The notes under the pieces are model-generated. The model saw only the letters and a program-made list of their open reading frames with translations, did not search any database and was not told where the DNA came from. A stretch of DNA of 14,809 nt from Pseudobdellovibrionaceae bacterium (GTDB lineage Bacteria > Bdellovibrionota > Bdellovibrionia > Bdellovibrionales > Bdellovibrionaceae), in NCBI GenBank assembly GCA_041288045.1, contig JBGGMM010000125.1, forward strand, positions 1 through 14,809. The letters are read 5' to 3'. The translations under genes were made by a program, and so were the position numbers. This document shows, piece by piece, positions 1 to 6,853 of the stretch. How positions within the stretch are numbered: position 1 is the first letter of the stretch; every line of letters starts with the position of its first letter.

Positions 1-462
1 TCCATCATGCCCGGCAAAGTAAATCCAGTCATTCCCGAGCTTGTGAATTTGATTGCCTTTCGAGTGATGGGCAATGATGCCGGGGTGGGGTTGGCCGCTC
101 ATTCGGGACAACTGCAGCTCAACGCTTATGAACCTGTGGAGGCTCTTTCCGTTCTAGAATCTCAACAGATCCTCTTTACGGGTTCTGCAGCTTTTCGCGA
201 GAAGTGTGTGACTGGAATTACGGTCAACCAGAAAAACCTTGAGCGTTACATCCAGCAGACAGTGGGAATTGTGACAGCTCTCAATCCAGTGCTTGGGTAC
301 GAAAAAGCATCTGAGCTTGCCGATAAGGCCTACAAGAGCGGAAAGGGACTTCTCGAAGTCATCCGCGAAGAGAAAGCTCTCAGTGAAGCCCAGATCAAAG
401 ATCTTCTTGATCCTGTGAAGCTCGCCAATTTGGATCGTAGCAAATACAAGAAGGTGAAATGA
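1..462 (+). CDS. aspA: Aspartate ammonia-lyase (aspartase), C-terminal part; gene starts before the window
   Basis: Frame from base 1 reads SIMPGKVNP, the fumarase/aspartase signature loop. GQLQLNAYEP and VGIVTALNPVLGYE resemble aspartases more than class II fumarases (GNFELNV). Stop TGA overlaps the next ATG (ATGA, 459-462). Confidence 0.8.
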   Translation, partial: SIMPGKVNPVIPELVNLIAFRVMGNDAGVGLAAHSGQLQLNAYEPVEALSVLESQQILFTGSAAFREKCVTGITVNQKNLERYIQQTVGIVTALNPVLGYEKASELADKAYKSGKGLLEVIREEKALSEAQIKDLLDPVKLANLDRSKYKKVK

Positions 463-1745
463 GCCTGCGAAGTGCTCATAGCATCCTATCCGTTCTGACC
501 TGTGCCTTCCTTCTAATGATGGGGGCGCAGGCCTTTCCCCAAGAAAATGAAAACGTGGCGAACTCGACACAGGAGTTGGACGCCTCCGAAGCGGATGGCA
601 CTCAGCTTCGAGGAGAAGGATCCAAGTGGAATGAGTTTGAAAATGATTATTTCACAACTCGCATTGGCTCTGGCTTACTCCTGGACACAGCAGCTTACGA
701 TCAAGATGACAACAGCCGTGAGCAGATGGACCTTGAAGCAACCACAAAGCTTCGCGACTTGCGAATTCTTTTGAAAGGAAAGATCAAAGGCTCACCCCGA
801 TTGTCCTATACGTTGGGATATATGTACGACGGAGCCAATGAAGTTTGGCGATTTCGTCAGACAGGATTGATGATTCAGGTGCCAGAATATGATGGCAATA
901 TTTTCATCGGCAGAACCAAGGAGACCTTTTCAACCAGCAAAATCATGGTGGGGTATTTTGGTTGGACCAATGAAAGATCGGCCGCCAACGATGCTCTTTT
1001 GCCGATTTTAGCTGATGGGATCAAATGGACGGGGGGAGGCTTTGGTGGAAAATTCGTCTATAGTTTTGGTGCTTTCACCAATGCCTTTGCCAGACACATT
1101 GAATCCTTTGTGAAGAATGACAGTCAACTGACGGCCCGGGGTGTGTGGCTTCCCTTTGTCGGAACTGGAAGCCAAAGTGTCCTTCATCTCTCGGTGGCGG
1201 GAAGAAGTGGGACAGCCTATGATGACAAACTTCAATACCGCTCGAAGCCCGAATCCTTCGCAGCGCAAAGCTATGCGATCGACACAGGAAAATTTCCTGC
1301 CACAGCTTCGAATATGCTAGGGCTTGAAGCCTACTATCGACCCGGACCTTTGATGTTCGGCTCTGAATATTATTTCAATCAGGTTTCTTCTCAAGAGGCG
1401 GGCGACCCCCTTTTTCAAGGAGGCGAAGTTTTTGCCGCTTATCTGCTGACTGGCGAAATTCGCCCTTACAATGAAAAAGGAGCTTTCTTTGAAAGTGTCA
1501 AGCCTTCCCGAGACGCTCTTCATGGCGGCCCTGGTGCTTGGGAATTTGTGCTTCGCTATTCTTATGCCGACATGAATTCGGGAAACATTGAGGGAGGACG
1601 ATTTCGAAGAATCACTCCTATGGTGAATTGGCACATATCGGACAATGTCAGGCTCGAGCTTGCCTATGGTTACAGTGTGCTGGATCGATTCGGGCTCGAA
1701 GGGCATACTCAGTATCTTCAAACCCGAATCCAATTGCAGATGTAA
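459..1745 (+). CDS. OprO/OprP (phosphate-selective porin family) outer-membrane porin
   Basis: N-terminal signal peptide (..GAQA-F). Family-like segments LQYRSKPES, GLEAYYRPGPLMFGSEY, AYLLTGEIRPY, GPGAWEFVLRYSYADM, NWH and a terminal beta-strand YLQTRIQLQM. Confidence 0.85.
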   Translation: MSLRSAHSILSVLTCAFLLMMGAQAFPQENENVANSTQELDASEADGTQLRGEGSKWNEFENDYFTTRIGSGLLLDTAAYDQDDNSREQMDLEATTKLRDLRILLKGKIKGSPRLSYTLGYMYDGANEVWRFRQTGLMIQVPEYDGNIFIGRTKETFSTSKIMVGYFGWTNERSAANDALLPILADGIKWTGGGFGGKFVYSFGAFTNAFARHIESFVKNDSQLTARGVWLPFVGTGSQSVLHLSVAGRSGTAYDDKLQYRSKPESFAAQSYAIDTGKFPATASNMLGLEAYYRPGPLMFGSEYYFNQVSSQEAGDPLFQGGEVFAAYLLTGEIRPYNEKGAFFESVKPSRDALHGGPGAWEFVLRYSYADMNSGNIEGGRFRRITPMVNWHISDNVRLELAYGYSVLDRFGLEGHTQYLQTRIQLQM

Positions 1746-1760
1746 TTCAGAAAATCATTT

Positions 1761-2723
1761 TCATTTTTGCTGATTCGTCAAATAGTCCTCAAGCTTGTCG
1801 AAAGATCCGGTCCAACCCTGAGTCATGCCGGCTCTGGATTTGACGAAGGTTTCAATTTCTTCTGGTGTGGCATCGCCATAGACTTCCCAGGTGATCGTCA
1901 CTCGGGTTTTATCGTTCCCCTCTTGGGTCAAAGCCACGGTCGTGAGCATGGTCTCAGGCCAAGTGGGGGCCATGGGGTGACGGGTGATGTTTTCTTTTTC
2001 ATCACAAAATTGCTGAGTGTAGACCAAGCGGTTGGGTTTCTGCAGTTCCAGATATTTGGCGCGCCCGTACATTTTGATTCCGTTTCCGGCCATAAAATAA
2101 AAAGTGCTTCCGCCGGGTTTGATATCGGAGCGGATGAATTCCATTTCAAATCCTGTGGGAGCGAGCCATTTCGAAAAGTGTTTTGGGTTGCTCCACATTT
2201 CATACATGAGAGCAATGGGAGCATCGAAAGACCGATTGATAACAAATTTGTCTTTGCCGCTAGATTCTTTCTCCAAGAATTCGGCCAAGCGGTCCCAAGT
2301 GGAGTCTCCACCCGCTTTTTTAATAAATTTTCGTGTTTCTTCAGCTGCTTCCGGAGTTGCGAGGGCCATGGTCATTTCTAATTTGGTTTTTCCCTTGAGA
2401 TCCGTGAAAGTCGCAGTGACGCGAAAGAGGGGAGGGCGATCGTCATTGCCGCCATGATCGTAAACCAGTCGAGAGTAAGTTTCGACTTCGTGATAGATAG
2501 TTTTGTTCTGGTAATCCACGCCATCAGGTCCATGCATGGTGTAAGCCCAGTGGCCACCGACTCGAAGATCCTTGCTATGTGTGGTGAGGGTAAAGCCGCG
2601 AGGTCCCCACCACTGTGCCACCTGCTTGGGATCGGTCCAGGCCTCCCAAACAGTTTTGACTGGCGCATCGTAAATGCGAGTGATTTTTATCTCATTGGAT
2701 TTATTTTTTGCGTTTGCGGCCAT
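1761..2723 (-). CDS. Tandem two-domain SRPBCC (AHSA1/Aha1-like START fold) protein
   Basis: Two copies of the AHSA1-like pattern: ITRIYDAPVKTVWEAWTDPKQVAQWWGP..DLRVGG and INRSFDAPIALMYEMWSNPKHFSKWLAP..DIKPGG, ending GWTGSFDKLEDYL. RBS AAAGGA upstream. Confidence 0.9.
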   Translation of the reverse strand: MAANAKNKSNEIKITRIYDAPVKTVWEAWTDPKQVAQWWGPRGFTLTTHSKDLRVGGHWAYTMHGPDGVDYQNKTIYHEVETYSRLVYDHGGNDDRPPLFRVTATFTDLKGKTKLEMTMALATPEAAEETRKFIKKAGGDSTWDRLAEFLEKESSGKDKFVINRSFDAPIALMYEMWSNPKHFSKWLAPTGFEMEFIRSDIKPGGSTFYFMAGNGIKMYGRAKYLELQKPNRLVYTQQFCDEKENITRHPMAPTWPETMLTTVALTQEGNDKTRVTITWEVYGDATPEEIETFVKSRAGMTQGWTGSFDKLEDYLTNQQK

Positions 2724-3072
2724 GGGTTTTTCCTTTCGGTTTCTTTTTGGCTGTGACGGTTTTTAAATAAGCATCCAGGCGATCCAAACTCTCTTCCCAG
2801 AAAACTCGGTATTGCTCCATCCAATCGGCGGCTGTTTTCAGAGCTTCGCCATTCAGACGGCAAGGGCGCCACTGAGCTTCGCGGGTTTTGGTGATCAGAC
2901 CTGCTTTTTCTAAAACTTTCAAATGTTTGGTGATCGCGGGAAGGGTCATCTCTTTCAAAAAGGGCTTGGCGATATCCGAAACGCTAGCTTCACCCTGTGA
3001 AAGGCGAGCGAGCATGGCCCTTCTTGTCGGGTCAGCAAGCGCTGCAAATGTCTGACTGAGATGATCCTGCAT
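2701..3072 (-). CDS. ArsR/SmtB-family helix-turn-helix transcriptional regulator
   Basis: FAALADPTRRAMLARL, AITKHLKVLEKAGLI and WEESLDRLDAYL are typical of ArsR proteins paired with SRPBCC genes. Overlaps the SRPBCC start by 23 nt. Confidence 0.93.
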   Translation of the reverse strand: MQDHLSQTFAALADPTRRAMLARLSQGEASVSDIAKPFLKEMTLPAITKHLKVLEKAGLITKTREAQWRPCRLNGEALKTAADWMEQYRVFWEESLDRLDAYLKTVTAKKKPKGKTHGRKRKK

Positions 3073-3074
3073 AT

Positions 3075-3106
3075 TACACCTATCGGTTAATTAACCAATT
3101 AGTTAA
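3075..3106. promoter_or_regulatory. Probable ArsR autoregulatory operator, two tandem TTAAC-N6-GTTAA boxes
   Basis: TTAACCAATTAGTTAA (3091-3106) plus degenerate TACACCTATCGGTTAA (3075-3090). The junction forms the palindrome GGTTAATTAACC (3085-3096). Lies directly before the ArsR ATG. Confidence 0.65.
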
Positions 3107-3170
3107 ATATAAACCAAAGAAGAAGTTTTGTCAAATTTGCTAAGCTTTTGATTTGATTAGTTTTATTTTG

Positions 3171-3263
3171 ATGGGTGTTTTTATGGATATGGACAAAATG
3201 GTGGGCGATGTTTTCGTTCAAAGTTTGGGTGAACTCAAGACCATGGCCGAAGCGCAAAAGTAA
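3171..3263 (+). pseudogene. C-terminal remnant of an SRPBCC/polyketide-cyclase-like gene (or a 30-aa small ORF)
   Basis: Manual translation MGVFMDMDKMVGDVFVQSLGELKTMAEAQK* resembles the C-terminal helix of one SRPBCC subfamily (LMGxFMxMDKMVGxDFExGLxxLKxxAE). In-frame TAA at 3141-3143 upstream, no clear RBS. Not in the ORF track. Confidence 0.65.
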
Positions 3264-3291
3264 GTCGCTATACGAGAAATGGAGAGGACTG

Positions 3292-3317
3292 ACGAGCATG
3301 AAATGAATCATGCTCGT
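3292..3317. terminator. Hairpin between convergent genes, probable terminator
   Basis: Perfect 10-bp stem ACGAGCATGA/TCATGCTCGT with a 6-nt loop, between the + strand remnant and the DUF4360 stop. U-tract is short. Confidence 0.6.
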
Positions 3318-3332
3318 TTGAGCTGAATCCGG

Positions 3333-3977
3333 CTAGTCACACTCTTTCAAGCGAATGCCGATTTGAATGTCGCCTTCGTTGGCGATGTCTGCTGAATCGA
3401 TGACCAAAAGAGCTTCTTCCATGATGAAATTGGGGCGATTGATCAGAGGGCCGACGAATTTGATTTCAGTGCTGAATTCGAGGGTTTTTCCTTTTTTGCA
3501 CTTAGCAGTGTGATAATTCGGCTTGATCGTATGTGAAATGGTAAAGACATCGTCGCCTGGAGGAATGCGAGTGATTTTGGGCCGTACTGTCACATCATTT
3601 TGCATTGGGTTCAAGATGGGGCCTGCTGTGGTCAAGTAGGCTGTGGTTTGTTTGGTAAATTGAGCATAGCCCCGGTAGTCGATGCGAGAAGCTTCGATCA
3701 TAAAACCGGGAGGAGCTGAAACTGGGATTTTGAAATAACAGGTTCTTTTGATTTGCGATTCAGGGTATTCCTGCTTTCTTTTAATTTCCAGCATGAATTC
3801 ATCAAATAAAATTGAAATGGCCGACCCATCTGGTGAAAGAACAGCTCGGGCTGTTCCCGTCGGGCAACCAGTGCCTTTCAGCTCAGGATCGCCAATGGCG
3901 ATATCGCCCATTGCCCAAGCGCCCTGGTTCAAAAGTGTTGCAAGCAAAAGTAAAATGAGAATTGCGACTGGTTTCAT
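3333..3977 (-). CDS. Secreted DUF4360-domain protein
   Basis: Signal peptide MKPVAILILLLLATLLNQGAWA. GTGCPTGTARAVLSPDGSAISILFDEF, RTC and IDYRGYA match DUF4360. Start moved to ATG 3977, which has RBS GGGGGT. Confidence 0.82.
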   Translation of the reverse strand: MKPVAILILLLLATLLNQGAWAMGDIAIGDPELKGTGCPTGTARAVLSPDGSAISILFDEFMLEIKRKQEYPESQIKRTCYFKIPVSAPPGFMIEASRIDYRGYAQFTKQTTAYLTTAGPILNPMQNDVTVRPKITRIPPGDDVFTISHTIKPNYHTAKCKKGKTLEFSTEIKFVGPLINRPNFIMEEALLVIDSADIANEGDIQIGIRLKECD

Positions 3978-4000
3978 TTTGTCACCCCCTGGCACCTGTT

Positions 4001-4018
4001 AATTCAAAAGGGGTGCCA
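4001..4018 (-). promoter_or_regulatory. Sigma54-like -24/-12 promoter (TGGC-N7-TTGAATT)
   Basis: Minus strand reads TGGCACCCCTTTTGAATT. Correct -24/-12 spacing but GA instead of GC at -13/-12. The -12 base is 27 nt from the ATG. A matching motif lies at 6814-6831. Confidence 0.5.
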
Positions 4019-4083
4019 GGCTGGAGTTTCTCAATAGACACCGAATTTCGGGCTTTTAAGGCCCTTGTCTGGGACCAGCCTGC

Positions 4084-5286
4084 TTACTTGAGCACAGAAT
4101 CAATCCAGGATTTCAATTCTTCTGCTTTGTCCTTTACTTTCTTTTTGAAGATATCGGTTGTCGCAGATGAATCATTCGGATTTTTGTATTCAGTGGCGAA
4201 ATCGTTCAGACTGTAGGGGACACTTCGATAAGCTGACTTGGGCCTCATCTGTCGCAGATGCGATGGAAGCAGAACTGAAAAGCGATCCCATGGAAGATTC
4301 AAGCTCTCGAGAAGCTGCGCATAGGCATCGACAATCTCCTGGCCCGTGTACTCGTGCCGATCTTTTCGAATATAGGGAATCGGCTCCTTCATGATTTTAA
4401 TTTTATTCACCCAGGTTTCCAGAAGATAAATTTGCAATTGAAAAGCTTCGACACTTTCCTGCGGACGGAAGCTTCGAATTTCAAGAGTTGCGCTGTTTTT
4501 ATCATTCATCATACGGGTCATATTGAAAGCTTGGTAATAATCACCATGTCCCCAATCGGCAATGTAGCCTTCGGTAAAGACTTCGTTGCTCAGGCGGCGA
4601 ACCAACTCATTGATCGACGAGGTTTTGGGATTGAAGTCATTGAGCAAATTCTGAAAGGCATCTCGTTGAGCCGGTTTCAAGGCTGCCAAGGGGGCTGAAT
4701 TTCCCAAGTGATTTCCCAAAGCTCCATAGATCAGTTCGGGCCTGTTTTGGAAATCCACCAGAAAATTTTGAAAGGCCAGGGTCTTTTCTTCAAAAGCCTT
4801 CCGCGAGATATGGATATGGCCACCCCCAGCACGATCATGCGGAACCAAGCCCACTTCTTTGGCAGTCTTGAAAACATACTCATCCATTCGTTTCAGGACA
4901 TCATGGTAGGCTTGGGTGGTGTATGGCTTTGCGTTGACCTCGAGAGCTGCGGAATCGGATCCGACTGTGAAGAAGAAGCCGTCTTCAAAGGACACGATCA
5001 GAGCCCGATCGTGCTTATCGTATCCCATATCTGTGGTGCAATCGCCACTGGCCAGGCATTTCTTTTGGATTTTTAAAAGCCAATTTTCCCAATGCTCCTT
5101 TTTCAGTGGATTTTCATCTAATGAGGGAGCTTTGGGGTTGCGATTTCCTTCGCTGACAATCTGGGCATTTGAAAAGGTGAATTCAAGCCCAAACAAATAA
5201 TCGATCTGATGGACTTGGGTGCAGAGAAAGCTGGCCTGAGAGTTCAGTGAAAGCAGAAATAAAATGGAAATGAAAAATGTTTTCAA
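4084..5286 (-). CDS. Signal-peptide-bearing amidoligase-like protein (glutamine synthetase/glutamate-cysteine ligase fold, COOH-NH2 ligase)
   Basis: TTG start at 5286 behind RBS GAGGTG. Signal peptide MKTFFISILFLLSLNSQA. Ordered motifs FGLEFTF, SDSAALEVNAKP, GGGHIHIS, YYQAFN and TLEIRSF. Confidence 0.7.
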   Translation of the reverse strand: MKTFFISILFLLSLNSQASFLCTQVHQIDYLFGLEFTFSNAQIVSEGNRNPKAPSLDENPLKKEHWENWLLKIQKKCLASGDCTTDMGYDKHDRALIVSFEDGFFFTVGSDSAALEVNAKPYTTQAYHDVLKRMDEYVFKTAKEVGLVPHDRAGGGHIHISRKAFEEKTLAFQNFLVDFQNRPELIYGALGNHLGNSAPLAALKPAQRDAFQNLLNDFNPKTSSINELVRRLSNEVFTEGYIADWGHGDYYQAFNMTRMMNDKNSATLEIRSFRPQESVEAFQLQIYLLETWVNKIKIMKEPIPYIRKDRHEYTGQEIVDAYAQLLESLNLPWDRFSVLLPSHLRQMRPKSAYRSVPYSLNDFATEYKNPNDSSATTDIFKKKVKDKAEELKSWIDSVLK

Positions 5287-5293
5287 AGTCACC

Positions 5294-6571
5294 TCAGATC
5301 GCTTTCTTATAAATTCGATGGCAAGTTGGGATTTCAAAGACGGAATTCTCTTTTAAATGTTCCATCCATTTGATGAATTCAGGATCGGTTTCGACTTTTT
5401 GATCGATGTAGGATCCCGTTTTTACGGGAAATTGAGTCATCTGAGAGTAAGCGGCGTAAGTTTTGATAAACTCGGGTCCAAAGCCCTTCATAAAGTCTCC
5501 AGTGTCTTGAATCCATATTGGGCTAGCCATTCCTCTGAATGGAACGGCATTCATATACACTCGGCCTTTCCAGGCTGATAGCTTCTTGGTGACTTTGTAA
5601 ATTTCCAAAAGCTCTGTTGCGCCCCTGGCTTCTAAAATCATCCGATCGGCATCGCTATCCATGATATCCCGAACGTACACTCGGCCGGTTGGGTTTTGAG
5701 CCTGGTCCATCTCCATTAGAAAATCCTGAGTGTGAGCAGAGTTCGGATAAAATCCGTAATGGGCAAGGCCTTCTCCCATGGCCCGGGCCCATGGCAACAC
5801 CAGATGCTTTTTCCACTAACTGACTGGGTCTTCGCCTCTTTGTTCTGCAAATTCTTTCCCAAAGGTCGGATGAAGAGCCGAGAAGAAAGGCAGAACCCTG
5901 ATTTTTGAATTTGAAAAAATCGGGTAATCTCGAATGGTAAATGAAATGTCGATCCCAGGCAAAATCACAGCCAAGGGCTCACCAAGTGCCACAAAGGTTT
6001 TCAATTTGTCTTTTTCTTGATTCCTGAAAATGAAATCATTGAAGGCTTTTGAAATTCGAGCGGCAATGGAGTTCATTTTCTTGTCATGCCAGTTTCCACC
6101 AGTAAAATTGGTGGATGCTTTCAAAGAGAAAATGGCTCCGTTCACGGCATCCTGAACGATGACACTTCTGGACGCTGTCAGGTAGCCAATGAATCGGTCA
6201 TTTTTAATTTTTGGTTTTTGACCTGAGATTCGTTCAAGCTCTTTCAGGATTTCGCCTTTGTAGAGTTTGTCTTCTGGATTGAAAATCCAACGAATGTATC
6301 TTTCGCCCTGCCGAGTGAAGGCCAGAGAACTTCGAAGGATTCCACGCAAGCCGAGTCCCTCTAAGACATTCAAATCTTTCACTGGGATTTCCACGTACTC
6401 CAGTCGAAGGGGATCTCCAGTCCTGTGGGCAGAAGATCCCGCATTCACTTTGACTTCCAAATGCACCCACTCTTTAACGTTGTCGGGGAGCTCGCGCGGA
6501 GGATAGTGCCAGACTTCTTGGGCAAAAACAGAAGATGCAAAAAAAAGGATGAGAAAAATGAAAGTTTTCAT
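5294..6571 (-). pseudogene. Signal-peptide-bearing IucA/IucC-like (NIS synthetase fold) protein interrupted by one in-frame TAG at 5816-5818
   Basis: ORFs 5816..6598 and 5294..5800 share one frame: ..EDPVS*WKKHLVLPWARAMGE... Ordered NIS-like motifs span the stop: WIFNPED, LTASRSV, SLKAST, IRDYP, LPFFSAL, then HYGFYPNSAHTQDFL and VYVRDIMD. Signal peptide MKTFIFLILFFASSVFA from ATG 6571. About 425 codons if read through. Confidence 0.68.
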
Positions 6572-6813
6572 ATGGTCGATTTCAATTGCAAGGCTCATTC
6601 AAGCTCAGAAGCTGTTTCTTTGGATTTGGGGATTGGAGAAACTGTGAATTGGCAGCCTGATGTTTAAATTTTTAACAGCTGGTTTTCCAAGCAGACTTTC
6701 GAATTTGCATTGAATCACTTTAAAACGCTGCTTTAATTTACTAAACAACTGGCGGAAAGTTAGACAAAAGAAAATTTTGAAAACTATTAAAATTGAGTTG
6801 AGAGCTGATCTTT

Positions 6814-6831
6814 TGGCCTCTTATTTGAATT
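6814..6831 (+). promoter_or_regulatory. Sigma54-like -24/-12 promoter (TGGC-N7-TTGAATT)
   Basis: TGGCCTCTTATTTGAATT. The -12 base is 26 nt from ATG 6854, followed by RBS GGGGGGGT. Same architecture as 4001-4018. Confidence 0.45.
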
Positions 6832-6853
6832 GGCAAGCGGTCGGGGGGGTCAG

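Noticed and set aside
2701..2750. Basic C-terminal tail of ArsR (KKKPKGKTHGRKRKK) as a special signal
   Set aside because: Explained by overlap with the A-rich RBS and start of the SRPBCC gene.
1767..2756. Long + strand ORFs (1767-2381, 2104-2457, 2454-2756) and other overlapping ORFs throughout the window
   Set aside because: Antisense or off-frame shadows of well-supported genes, without recognisable motifs.
3099..3311. 70-aa minus-strand ORF upstream of ArsR
   Set aside because: It is antisense to the SRPBCC remnant, starts within the hairpin, runs into the operator and has no recognisable motif.
5816..5818. Genome-wide TAG reassignment
   Set aside because: TAG ends the DUF4360 gene and the 6854-8473 gene right next to hairpins, and other long genes have no internal TAG.
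6584..6602. Third sigma54-like promoter before the IucA-like gene (TTGAATGAGCCTTGCAATT on the minus strand)
   Set aside because: Good -12 box (TTGCA) but no GG at -25/-24, and the spacing to the ATG differs from the other two.
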